DNA of 64,000 nucleotides from a virus: IMG/VR virus record IMGVR_UViG_3300020204_000007, positions 1 to 64,000 of that record; one strand, 5' to 3'. Shown piece by piece: positions 1 to 9,530 of this stretch (position 1 is its first letter; each line of letters starts with the position of its first letter). The notes under the pieces were generated by a model. It saw only the letters and a program-made list of their open reading frames with translations, ran no database searches and was not told where the DNA came from. The position numbers and the translations under genes were made by a program.

Positions 1-330
1 GCTAGCCGCACTTGCTGTTAATCCATTTTTAGCAGTCTTTTGACCACCTTTGCTACCTAAACTACCACCTGCTGGTGTATGTCCAGTTACACCACCATAG
101 TTAGCAGTGCCATTGGTGTCAGCACCTCTAGGATAAACACCTCTAAAGTCTGGTAATGTAAAAGTTGTAGAGCCGTCACCAGTACCATAGGTCGTGCTTA
201 TAGCTGTAAATAATGCTGAATATGTAGTGCGACTTATTGCAGAACCATTGCATAATAACCAGCCTTCTGGCGCAGTTGATCCAGCAAATGGCAGCACAAC
301 TCCTGATGGACAAAAACCTACATAACTCAT
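1..330 (-). CDS. Tail-collar domain protein (3' end runs off the window); paralog of 2753-3391
   Basis: Not in the ORF track. Manual translation from ATG at 330 gives MSYVGFCPSGVVLPFAGSTAPEGWLLCNGSAISRTTYSALFTAISTTYGTGDGSTTFTLPDFRGVYPRG, a classic phage tail-collar motif. ATG overlaps the upstream stop (TAATG). Confidence 0.85.
   Translation of the reverse strand, partial: MSYVGFCPSGVVLPFAGSTAPEGWLLCNGSAISRTTYSALFTAISTTYGTGDGSTTFTLPDFRGVYPRGADTNGTANYGGVTGHTPAGGSLGSKGGQKTAKNGLTASAAS
20..192. repeat. 173-bp dispersed direct repeat, copy 1 (copy 2 at 3084-3256)
   Basis: Manual alignment shows 6 mismatches over 173 nt; both copies lie inside tail-collar genes. Confidence 0.9.
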
Positions 331-2606
331 TAGAAAATCTCCCAAGATGTTCCATTGCTTAAAATATGCAATGAAGCATTTTGATAAAGCGTAGCAATTA
401 ATTGACCATCAATTGTTTCTGATGCATCGCCATCAATAGTCAATATTTGCCCAGCATTTAATCTGCTTTTAATAACATACATTTTACCAGACACGGAAGC
501 GGCTGGTGGCAACGTTACTGTATAACCAGAAGCTCCGGTTGCAGACACATAATAATCATTACTTGTAATTGTATATGCGCTAGTAATTGCTCTATAATTT
601 GCTACTACATTACTGCTGTTAACAGTTAACGGAAGAGTGGCTCCAACTAATGGAACATTCAAGCCAAACGTAATGTTTGATGACACAAAACCAGAAATAC
701 TGGGAAATGTTATTTGAATTAAACCTGCCGAGGTAATATCTAGAGAAAAACCGCTTGGCGGTGTATCGCCAACAGTGTCGTAAGATTTATCCCAACTTGT
801 TCCAGAACCTAATTTAGAAAATTGTACAGAAATATAAAACCGATAATCTGTTGCACCATCAATATAAACCCAGCCAGATAACGAACCTGCAGTATACGCA
901 GAAACATCTTGAACTGTAGTGATTGAGTTATTAGTTAAATTTATTTGAGAGTAAACATTAGAACCACCAACAGCAGAACCGCGCATATTATAAAAATTAA
1001 ATGCAGAGGCTGTTCTGGCTATACCAACTGGTTTAGAAATCTGTCCGACAATTGTAGGAGGATTAAGAGTTAATTTACCAGCCGTTATTGCTGATAAAAA
1101 ATAAACTTCGCCAGGTGTTAACGAACCACCACCTTCAATTAAATTTGCACCAACTGAAGAGACTTCGCCAGATAAAAGAATATAAAAAGAATTTGTATCT
1201 ACAATGCTTGCAATTAAACCAGCTACTTCGGCTGTTGCTTCAAGATCAGACCTAGCAAATGCATATGTAGAGCCATTAAGATATAATGGTCTACCGACAT
1301 CTACAGATGTAAAACCATGAGAAGCCTGTGTGATTAAATTGATTGTGCTGTTTGCAGAAACAGTGATCCAGCTTAAAACTCCACTCCCATTTGTCGTCAG
1401 TAATTGACCATTTGTTCCGGCTGAATCAGGAAGAGTAAAAATAACATCAGAAGTAACTGCATCTGGTGCTTTTAAAGCAATTGAATTAGTGCCGTTTGCT
1501 GCTAATTCTCTTAATTGAAGGATGCCAGTTTGTCCTGCAGACGTTCCTATTGGTCCAAGAACTAAAGAAGTTTGAACAATGCCAGGAAATCTATAAAGAT
1601 GATTTATAGTACCAAGAACAAATTGATTGCTAATTGTAGCAGTAGCGGCATTACTAGAACTGTCTGTACCAATACACACAGTCCCACTTACACCTGTAGA
1701 ACTTACTTTAATACCAGCATTTTTACCAATTGCAATATTATTATATGATGCCGCGTCTGTATAAGAATCTGCAAGTTCGCCAATTAAAATATGATTTGCG
1801 CCTTGAGCATAAAAACCAGCACCGCTACCAATAGCAATAGAAGCGGCAACTGCCGCGTATGAATAAAATGTATTTCGTCCTATTGCGACGTTTGATCCAG
1901 TCGTAGAAATTAATCTACCAGAGCCAGAACCGATCAAAGTATTTGAAGTACCAGAGGTGATATTTAATCCAGCAGCATAACCAAGTACAGTATTTTCATT
2001 GCCAGAAGTTATTAATGATCCAGCTTGGACGCCAACGCCTGTATTTGATGTGCCAGTCATCAAAAGACTATAAGAATCAACTTCAAAAGTTGACCCTGTT
2101 GTTGGATGATCTAAACCGCCTCCAACTTTTTTTTCATTACCGGCTGGATCTTTTGTGTAAAGTTTATTATCGGATTTTGCATATAGACGCAAAGTGCTAG
2201 AGCTTGGAGCGGAGGGAGAAATAATGTGCGGATAATCAGTGTAAGAGCTACTTAGTAGCCCTAAAATTCCAGGAGCATTTATAACCCAAAAACCTGCAAT
2301 TGCATTCCATGTGAATTCAATCCACATTTCATTTGCATCTAATAAAAGACTTTCATTCGTTGCAAGATTATTAATTTTTTGGCCAATAGCAGGAATTACT
2401 GTTACGTTATTAGTTCCAAATGTACCTTTGGCGTCTGTAATTCGTATAGAAAACCCATCTATTCCTGTAGGAAGATTAACTGTAATTCCATCAGCAGTGG
2501 TGTCGAGAATATAATGCCGTCTATTTTCTACAGTAATTGGCCCAGATGATGCATATAAAGATGCAAACCCAGGAACTTGAACTGTTTTAATAGACCATAA
2601 AGCCAT
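330..2606 (-). CDS. Mosaic tail fibre / virion adhesin protein (758 aa)
   Basis: N- and C-terminal T4 gp34-like repeats (DTT..GITVNLP..IRITDAKG..NN..W; TVTLPPAA..TIDG..WEIF), Gly/Asn beta-roll repeats (NTGVGVQAG, NTVLGYAAG, NIAIGKNAG), and fibre linker TLPDSAGTNGQLLTTNGSGVLSW. Confidence 0.75.
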   Translation of the reverse strand: MALWSIKTVQVPGFASLYASSGPITVENRRHYILDTTADGITVNLPTGIDGFSIRITDAKGTFGTNNVTVIPAIGQKINNLATNESLLLDANEMWIEFTWNAIAGFWVINAPGILGLLSSSYTDYPHIISPSAPSSSTLRLYAKSDNKLYTKDPAGNEKKVGGGLDHPTTGSTFEVDSYSLLMTGTSNTGVGVQAGSLITSGNENTVLGYAAGLNITSGTSNTLIGSGSGRLISTTGSNVAIGRNTFYSYAAVAASIAIGSGAGFYAQGANHILIGELADSYTDAASYNNIAIGKNAGIKVSSTGVSGTVCIGTDSSSNAATATISNQFVLGTINHLYRFPGIVQTSLVLGPIGTSAGQTGILQLRELAANGTNSIALKAPDAVTSDVIFTLPDSAGTNGQLLTTNGSGVLSWITVSANSTINLITQASHGFTSVDVGRPLYLNGSTYAFARSDLEATAEVAGLIASIVDTNSFYILLSGEVSSVGANLIEGGGSLTPGEVYFLSAITAGKLTLNPPTIVGQISKPVGIARTASAFNFYNMRGSAVGGSNVYSQINLTNNSITTVQDVSAYTAGSLSGWVYIDGATDYRFYISVQFSKLGSGTSWDKSYDTVGDTPPSGFSLDITSAGLIQITFPSISGFVSSNITFGLNVPLVGATLPLTVNSSNVVANYRAITSAYTITSNDYYVSATGASGYTVTLPPAASVSGKMYVIKSRLNAGQILTIDGDASETIDGQLIATLYQNASLHILSNGTSWEIF

Positions 2607-2752
2607 TGTGTAAACCCTTACTGATCAATAATTAGAGTGCCGCATTTATTATATTTTGTTTAATCGTATAAAATGGAAAATGAACCGATGTATCTTTAGT
2701 AAAGATCATACTAGTCTCGCTATTAAATTGTTAATTAAAGATAGTAGTTTTT

Positions 2753-3391
2753 TCATAGTTTGATAATATAATTCACTGTTAGAAATGCTGGTGTTGTTTC
2801 GGTATCGCCTGCACCGATTGTTACTCCATGGGAGTGGTCTATAGAACCAGAAGTATGTACAGAAATGCCAGTACCGCTTCCTCTAACAAGTCCACTTGCT
2901 GCAATACCAAAACGATCTGAAAACGTGCCAGGAATGAATGAAGTGCCACCACCTGTTGCTGAAATCGGAGTTCCTCCAGCCCAGCCATTAGTATTATCGT
3001 AACTATGATTATGGCCATGGCCGGGATCACTAATTCCATGTCCATGTGTTGTATTTGCACTCATGCCTGCAGAACTGCCGCTCAATCCATTTTTAGCAGT
3101 CTTTTGCCCGCCTTTACCACCTAAACTACCACCTGCTGGTGTATGTCCAGTTACTCCACCATAGTTAGCAGTGCCATTGGTGCCAGCACCTCTAGGATAA
3201 ACACCTCTAAAGTCTGGTAATGTAAAAGTTGTAGAGCCGTCACCAGTACCATAGGTTGTTGACAAAACTGCAAATAAACGAGCATATGTTGATCGACTAA
3301 TTGTTGAACCATCACATAATAACCAACCATCTGGTGCAACAGAGCCGCCAAAAGTTAATATAGTCCCCGTTGGAAATGGAATATATGCCAT
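2753..3391 (-). CDS. Tail-collar domain protein / short fibre tip (212 aa)
   Basis: PTGTILTFGGSVAPDGWLLCDGSTISRSTYARLF..TTFTLPDFRG collar motif, HxH motifs (THGH, GHGHNH, DHSH) and C-terminal P.FLTVNYIIKL. Confidence 0.88.
   Translation of the reverse strand: MAYIPFPTGTILTFGGSVAPDGWLLCDGSTISRSTYARLFAVLSTTYGTGDGSTTFTLPDFRGVYPRGAGTNGTANYGGVTGHTPAGGSLGGKGGQKTAKNGLSGSSAGMSANTTHGHGISDPGHGHNHSYDNTNGWAGGTPISATGGGTSFIPGTFSDRFGIAASGLVRGSGTGISVHTSGSIDHSHGVTIGAGDTETTPAFLTVNYIIKL
3084..3256. repeat. 173-bp dispersed direct repeat, copy 2
   Basis: Matches 20-192 with 6 mismatches. Confidence 0.9.
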
Positions 3392-5235
3392 CAGAAGATA
3401 CTCCAGTCAGAAGTGCCGCGCCAAACAAGTTTGATGGACTCATAGTTAGATGTTAACGGCCAAGTTGAAGCGCCGTCAATAGTTACACCTGCTCCAGGGT
3501 TTATCGTTACAATTCCCGCAGATGCGATTCGTTTAATATAAAGAGTAAATCCAGCATCATTTGCCGTCAATGTTGGAAGCGTTAATGTGATTACAGCCGT
3601 AGCAATTACAAAGTGATTTGATTTTGTTAATAATGTATTTGCAGAATATGCGTTATAAACGCCTTTAAAGCCACCATTTAAATCTAATAATGCTTGCGGT
3701 GACGTAGTGTTTAGTCCTAAATTACCAGATTCATCTATTGTTGCTCTAATAATATTATTAGTTTCAAACTGAAATTTATAATTGTCATTCGTACCAATAA
3801 TTAAATTTGTATTTAACGCGTTACCAGTATGAGCAATTACTCCGACAGGAGATGTACCGTAAGCTAAAGAGCCTGTGACAACCCAAGATGTAGAAGTTGT
3901 ATCCCATGCTAATTGAATCCATGAACCGTTAATGTCCATAATTAATGATTCGTTAACAGCTAAATTGTCAATCTTTTCGCCTGCGGCGGGGGTGATTATA
4001 AAATTATTCAATCCCCATTTTTCTTTTACGTCATTAAATTGAATTGTTGCGTTTGCAAATCCAGCGGGTAAAGTCGCTGTAACTCCAGAAACAGTTGTAT
4101 CCACAAAATATTTTGTGTTATTAGCAGCAGCAAAAGAAGCATTTTGGTATATGCTATTAGCATAAGTACTGAGAGTAGACCAATTTGTACCATCAGAATA
4201 GTATAAAAGGCCACTTGAATATTTAATAGCTCCAGCGCCAGCTACGGAAGCTGTAGATGTAACGTTTCCTAATCGTAGACCACCGGAAATTGCAAGGCTG
4301 ACAAGATTAGAAGTACTGAGTGATAAAATTCCAGTAAATGTTTGATTGCCATCTAATGTTGCAATTGTAGATGAACGATCTGGAACTGTTAAGGTTCTAG
4401 ATGTAGATAACGCTGTATAATCTATAGCAAATACTTCGTTTGCAGAATTTTTAAAATTTAAAATATTTGTAGTTGCATACAATCTTGTATAATTTACTGA
4501 TGGAGAAGATGGTGCAGAAGACTCTTGTAATAAATCAAAATAAGAAGTTCCTGCAACTCCAGTACCTTTTACTGTTAAAAAAGTAAATGCACCAGAACTT
4601 GCTGTTGTTGCACCAATTGATGAAGAATCGATTGTTTTATTAGTTAAGGCTTCAGAACCAGCTAATGTAGCTAGAGTACCAGAAGTTGGTAATGTAATGC
4701 TAGTAACGCCTGTAGTAGTTAACGTAATGTTATTACTACCGTAAGTAAAAGTACCTGCGTTATTGACTCCAGTACCACCTCTTGAAGAAGCTAGCTGAGC
4801 TTCACTAGCAATTGTATTTATCCCACTCCAATAGGCAACATGGTTTGCCGTACCAGTACCAACCGTTAGGGTTCCGCTCAAATTTGGTATTGTTAATGTT
4901 CTGGAAGTATTTGTTGTAATTCCAGATAGTTCAAAATATAATTTTTTAGTATTATCTAAATTATCAACAAAATAAACAGAATCATCAACTAAAGCGGTAT
5001 TAGTTATACTTCCGCCAACACCTGTTAATAGCGCGGGAGCCCAGCTAGAAACCGATGCTGCGTATTTTACATATAAAATTCCATTAGATCTTAAATATAA
5101 TGAACCGGTTGGTGATGTTAAAGAAAGAGTTGTTGGATCTGCAGATCCAGTTTCAATATAGGCAGCTTCGCCAAGTTTTATCTTGGATTTAAGGGCTTTT
5201 AAATAATCGCCATTAAATATAATAGCGCTGCTCAT
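3391..5235 (-). CDS. Tail fibre-like virion protein (614 aa)
   Basis: Thr/Ser/Gly-rich; repeated RTLT[IV]P..SGTL fibre motifs; two gp34-like repeats homologous to those in 330-2606; GNLGLNTTSPQALLDLNG motif; stop overlaps the collar gene start (TGATG). Confidence 0.75.
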   Translation of the reverse strand: MSSAIIFNGDYLKALKSKIKLGEAAYIETGSADPTTLSLTSPTGSLYLRSNGILYVKYAASVSSWAPALLTGVGGSITNTALVDDSVYFVDNLDNTKKLYFELSGITTNTSRTLTIPNLSGTLTVGTGTANHVAYWSGINTIASEAQLASSRGGTGVNNAGTFTYGSNNITLTTTGVTSITLPTSGTLATLAGSEALTNKTIDSSSIGATTASSGAFTFLTVKGTGVAGTSYFDLLQESSAPSSPSVNYTRLYATTNILNFKNSANEVFAIDYTALSTSRTLTVPDRSSTIATLDGNQTFTGILSLSTSNLVSLAISGGLRLGNVTSTASVAGAGAIKYSSGLLYYSDGTNWSTLSTYANSIYQNASFAAANNTKYFVDTTVSGVTATLPAGFANATIQFNDVKEKWGLNNFIITPAAGEKIDNLAVNESLIMDINGSWIQLAWDTTSTSWVVTGSLAYGTSPVGVIAHTGNALNTNLIIGTNDNYKFQFETNNIIRATIDESGNLGLNTTSPQALLDLNGGFKGVYNAYSANTLLTKSNHFVIATAVITLTLPTLTANDAGFTLYIKRIASAGIVTINPGAGVTIDGASTWPLTSNYESIKLVWRGTSDWSIF

Positions 5236-5332
5236 GAGTAATTACTTTCGTTATTTCTGGCAAGAAATTACGTTTGAGCATATAACTGCTGGCCAGAATC
5301 ATTAAGTGGCTTATGCCAGTGACCGCAATTAA

Positions 5333-5341
5333 ATTGTATCA
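5333..5341 (-). promoter_or_regulatory. Putative extended -10 promoter (TGATACAAT)
   Basis: Intergenic, about 100 nt upstream of the gene starting at 5235; resembles motifs at 25447 and 52865. Confidence 0.35.
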
Positions 5342-5346
5342 CAATA

Positions 5347-5724
5347 TCAGTTGAAGAAGTTAATAATTAATTCACTGTTTGCGCCAGGAACAATTGACTC
5401 TGGGCGATAACAAATCCTAGTAGAGGCATCAATTTGGATAACACCATAACCGCCACCACCAGGAATAATTCTAAATAAAACAATCTCTGATCCCGAAGAG
5501 CCAGTTCCTAATAATTCTACTTCACCGCTTGAGCTGAAAACTTCGACCATTGTAACTTTAGCTTCGGAAGAATTAAATAATTCTAACCAAGAAGAAGTGC
5601 TGACTGTTACTGATGTTGGTGAATTAATATCTTTATATAATTGAGCCGAACCGCCTCCTTGATGTACAAGACGAATTGATGCAAATGCTTTCTTTTTGCC
5701 GCGCTCAGTACCTGAATATGCCAT
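5347..5724 (-). CDS. Hypothetical virion-associated protein (about 125 aa)
   Basis: ORF track starts at 5805, overlapping the upstream gene; ATG at 5724 (MAYSGTERG) has an AAGGA SD. Lies in the tail operon. Confidence 0.6.
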   Translation of the reverse strand: MAYSGTERGKKKAFASIRLVHQGGGSAQLYKDINSPTSVTVSTSSWLELFNSSEAKVTMVEVFSSSGEVELLGTGSSGSEIVLFRIIPGGGGYGVIQIDASTRICYRPESIVPGANSELIINFFN

Positions 5725-5740
5725 TTTTATAATTCCTTTA

Positions 5741-8700
5741 TTAAATAATATACCAACGATTATTGCCATCACTTTGTAATGTAACGGATTCTCCATCGCG
5801 TTCAATTAATAATGGCATGTTAATTGAATTAAATTCAACATATTCATTTAATGCGGGAGTTATTTGAATAGTGCGATTAGCCGCAGAGGCATTATTGCCA
5901 ATATCTTTAATAACTAAAAGACGTTTAGTAACTGCAGAAGGGAGAGTAATAACGCAACCAGAAGACATAGAATCAACATTAATTATTACATCTGTTGGTT
6001 GAATGGTATAAGCAGAAACACCGATTGAAACAGAATTTACCGAAACTGCGCCTAATAATTTAATTTGAGAAGATGTTAATTGCATTACTGGTGTAGAAGA
6101 TCCGCTTCCTACGTTTGCATATGTTTCTACGCCAAATTCTAATTGAGAAGTAAATTCAATTTTATTTGAACTTGCTCCAGATCTAACCGCAATTGAATGA
6201 GAATCAGATGTATTTCTTAATCTAATTGAATCTGCACCCGCGCTTGCGATATCTAAAATATAGTCGCCAGAATTTTGGCCAATATATAATTGGCTGTTGG
6301 TATTATTCCAAAATAAATTATTATTATTTTGAGCAATTTCATAGGCGGAGTTAATAAAAGTAATTGAACCAGGAGTTAAATTTTGCAAAATAATTTTATT
6401 TGAATAAACATTTTGCCATGGTGTGCTAATTTCGCCTAAATCAAAAGTACTAGAGGCAGGAACCAAATTAGAAATAAATCTACCTTGAGCATTGATAGTA
6501 GCTGAGGCAGAAAGTCCTAAAACAATAATTCCATTTAATTGTGCATTAGATTCAACAAATAAATTTTTAGTATAAGTTGATTGCCAATATAAAAAATTTG
6601 ATCCTAAGTTATAATTTTCTGTAATTGCTGGAACAAAATCAGAATTAATTTGTCCGTTAAATTCTGAAAGAGAGTTTACTGTTAATGTATTTGTTGTATT
6701 TACACCAATAGTTGCGTCTTCATAGACAGTTAATTCATTTAAAAAACCATTCCATGGTTTTAAAATAGATCCCAAAGGTGTATTTGCAATTTCTGGCAAA
6801 ACTGCATCAGATACAATTACCAACCCATCACTACTGGCTTTTAATTCTGCATCCGCACCTAAATTTGTTAATTTGAAATAATTTGCGTAATTTGTTGGTG
6901 AATATAACATCCAACCGTTTCTATCGGGAGACAGGAGTATTTTTGCTACTGAAGAAGGATTTGTAGATGTACCCGCCGCAACTTCATCAAATGATGAATT
7001 ATTTACATTTTCGTTTTGAACCTCAAAATATAAATCTTCAGAAAGGGCAGTAACTATAAATTGGCCATTCATTTGGCTATAAAAAAATCCATCAATAAAA
7101 ACCGTAGAACCGATTTTAATATTTCCGGTATCGGCCGCAAAATATCTAACAGTGTTTCCAGATTGCCATGTTGGATCAGAAATTGCTAAAAATATTGCGT
7201 TAGCTTCTTCAACAATTAACCCGCTATTTTGCGCAGTATTATTTAAACCACCAACGTTCAATGTAAAAGTTTTATCGGAAACAAAAGACTCAATCGACTG
7301 AGTTGTTGAAACAGTACCATTAATGTTGATAATGTCAGATGGACCACCAATATTAATCGTAGTTTTGCCAGAACCTGTCCCGATATTAATTGTTTTTGTT
7401 AAAGAACCAGTACCAAGATTTACAAATTCTGTCTCGGCATTAATACCAATATTTAATTGTTTTTCAGTATTTGCTGATTCAACAGATCCTTCAATTCCAG
7501 CAACTGATTTTACTTTTAATCCATAACCAGAAGGTTGATCAAATTGCGCTAAATCTGCAAAAGTTGATGTGCCGTTTACATTAAAATTACTTGATAATAT
7601 TGAAGTATTGGCATAATTAATTCCAATTCGTCCTAGTGTATCAATTAATACACCATTATTTAAACCAGTAGAAATGACTAAATTTACAGAATCAGAACTA
7701 TTTAAATTTGCAATATTACTATTAAAATATAAAGAAACTTTTTGATCGTCAATTGTATCGTTTCGAACAACAACGCCGAAAGGTCCTAAGTTAATTGTTT
7801 TCCATCTATAATCAAACGTTCCCAAATGATAGAAATTATCAATAGATGGATTAAGAGGAGAAGTAAAACCTGCGTTGATCGTCACCGTATCAGATGGATT
7901 ATCACCAAGGATTGTATTTCCATCTACTTGTAAATCAGAACCTAGCCATAATGATTTCCATCTATTACTTAAAGATCCTAAATTATGAATATTATCTGTA
8001 AATGGCGTTAATTCTGAAGAAATAAAAGCATTTACTGTTAAAGAATCACCAGATGAATCACCAAGGATTGTATTTCCATCTACTTGTAAATCAGAACCTA
8101 GCCATAATGATTTCCATCTATTACTTAAAGATCCTAAATCAAATAAATTAGAAACTGAAGGAACAAATGAACTTGCACCTCTAGCATTAAAAACAACAGT
8201 ATCGCTGGATGAATCACCAAGGATTGTATTTCCATCTACTTGTAAATCAGAACCTAGCCATAATGATTTCCATCTATTACTTAAAGATCCTAAATTATGA
8301 ATATTATCTGTAAATGGCGTTAATTCTGAAGAAATAAAAGCATTTACTGTTAAAGAATCTGAATTAGAATTTCCTAAAATTGTATTATTATCAACTTGCA
8401 AATCACCTGTAAATAATCCATTTACAGAAGTTAATTTTGCACTGAGCCAAAGATTTTGCCATCTTAATAAATCTTGCCCTAAACTAAAAGAATCATTTAC
8501 AGAAGGGTCAAAATTACTTGCAATTCTAGCAGTAAAAACTGCTGTATCACTTGTGTGATTACCGACAAATAAAGATTGATCAATAATTAAAGAACCATTT
8601 GTCTGTAATGTATTGATATTAGAGCGATATAAATTTACATCGGTAGAAAATAATCCTCCGCTTCCCCATTCTATTTTTCCGTCTCTGTTAATAGAAAATA

Positions 8701-8896
8701 AAACATTAGCTTCACCTTCTATTCGACTTTCATAAACAAGGGAATCGGTAGCAAGCTGAGAAGAAATTAATGAATTAACAGTAGTTTGTCCAATTACTCT
8801 GAGCGTAGAATCAAAATTAACCGCACCACCAACATCCAAATAAAGAGGACTAGATGGCGGTATTTTTCCTATTCCAACTCGCGAAACAATATGCAT
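5741..8896 (-). CDS. Long tail fibre / shaft protein with 52-aa internal repeats (1051 aa)
   Basis: Repeats DLQVDGNTILGD...LGSLSNRWKSLWL; many P.....LG....RW fibre motifs; C-terminal gp34-like repeat; N-terminus (IVSRVGIGK) shared with 9527-11068. Confidence 0.75.
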   Translation of the reverse strand: MHIVSRVGIGKIPPSSPLYLDVGGAVNFDSTLRVIGQTTVNSLISSQLATDSLVYESRIEGEANVLFSINRDGKIEWGSGGLFSTDVNLYRSNINTLQTNGSLIIDQSLFVGNHTSDTAVFTARIASNFDPSVNDSFSLGQDLLRWQNLWLSAKLTSVNGLFTGDLQVDNNTILGNSNSDSLTVNAFISSELTPFTDNIHNLGSLSNRWKSLWLGSDLQVDGNTILGDSSSDTVVFNARGASSFVPSVSNLFDLGSLSNRWKSLWLGSDLQVDGNTILGDSSGDSLTVNAFISSELTPFTDNIHNLGSLSNRWKSLWLGSDLQVDGNTILGDNPSDTVTINAGFTSPLNPSIDNFYHLGTFDYRWKTINLGPFGVVVRNDTIDDQKVSLYFNSNIANLNSSDSVNLVISTGLNNGVLIDTLGRIGINYANTSILSSNFNVNGTSTFADLAQFDQPSGYGLKVKSVAGIEGSVESANTEKQLNIGINAETEFVNLGTGSLTKTINIGTGSGKTTINIGGPSDIININGTVSTTQSIESFVSDKTFTLNVGGLNNTAQNSGLIVEEANAIFLAISDPTWQSGNTVRYFAADTGNIKIGSTVFIDGFFYSQMNGQFIVTALSEDLYFEVQNENVNNSSFDEVAAGTSTNPSSVAKILLSPDRNGWMLYSPTNYANYFKLTNLGADAELKASSDGLVIVSDAVLPEIANTPLGSILKPWNGFLNELTVYEDATIGVNTTNTLTVNSLSEFNGQINSDFVPAITENYNLGSNFLYWQSTYTKNLFVESNAQLNGIIVLGLSASATINAQGRFISNLVPASSTFDLGEISTPWQNVYSNKIILQNLTPGSITFINSAYEIAQNNNNLFWNNTNSQLYIGQNSGDYILDIASAGADSIRLRNTSDSHSIAVRSGASSNKIEFTSQLEFGVETYANVGSGSSTPVMQLTSSQIKLLGAVSVNSVSIGVSAYTIQPTDVIINVDSMSSGCVITLPSAVTKRLLVIKDIGNNASAANRTIQITPALNEYVEFNSINMPLLIERDGESVTLQSDGNNRWYII
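7901..8359. repeat. Intragenic tandem repeat, 156-bp period, three units
   Basis: Units start at 7901, 8057 and 8213. 7901-8047 equals 8213-8359 over 147 nt; the middle unit shares the first 83 nt exactly. Confidence 0.92.
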
Positions 8897-8916
8897 AATT
8901 ATGCCTACTTAAAAAT

Positions 8917-9267
8917 TCAATTTTTTATAGAAGAACTTTGCTGTTCAATATCAAGAGAAGAAGATTTTTCTGGTTTTTTTGGATCTTCTAAAATCAATGC
9001 TGGTTTTATTCGAGATACTTGTTCTTCAGAATTATCAGAAGGCGCTGAAATTTTGCGTTCTTCTAATCTTTCCATTGGTCTGATGTACGAACTAGCGTTT
9101 TTTCTATTTTCCTCAATATATTTAACAACAGCTTCTGCGACATCGTCATCAATTTCTACTTCTGTATCTTCGGAAACAAAAGTAGGCATTTGAGTAATGG
9201 TATTCATTAAATGACGACCGCGACGATCATACATGTGATCCATTGGTTTCAGTTTAATTTTTGCCAT
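8917..9267 (-). CDS. Hypothetical protein (116 aa)
   Basis: ATG with GGAGAG SD; co-directional in the operon. Confidence 0.65.
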   Translation of the reverse strand: MAKIKLKPMDHMYDRRGRHLMNTITQMPTFVSEDTEVEIDDDVAEAVVKYIEENRKNASSYIRPMERLEERKISAPSDNSEEQVSRIKPALILEDPKKPEKSSSLDIEQQSSSIKN

Positions 9268-9287
9268 TTTATCTCTCCAAAAATGAT

Positions 9288-9530
9288 TTAATTTTTCATT
9301 TCTACGTTCAGTTTAACATCAATACCAGATTCAGATTCTAACATTTTCTTTTTAGCTAAAACCCAATCCGGCCCTAATTTTATTTCGCATTTTTTCCATT
9401 CACTTATTTCTTGAATTCCGCCATTTTCAAAATATAAAACCATTTTGTCCTGAGTTGATTCATATACATGACCAATTACATTCATTTTTTTCCAGAACCA
9501 TTTTTTCCTATATTTGAAAATATATCTCAT
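9288..9530 (-). CDS. Hypothetical protein (80 aa)
   Basis: Overlaps the upstream stop (ATGA); in the tail operon. Confidence 0.65.
   Translation of the reverse strand: MRYIFKYRKKWFWKKMNVIGHVYESTQDKMVLYFENGGIQEISEWKKCEIKLGPDWVLAKKKMLESESGIDVKLNVEMKN

Noticed and set aside
20-3256. Possible diversity-generating retroelement TR/VR pair
   Set aside because: The six mismatches are not confined to adenines of one copy on either strand, both copies are in conserved coding cores, and no reverse transcriptase is present in the window.
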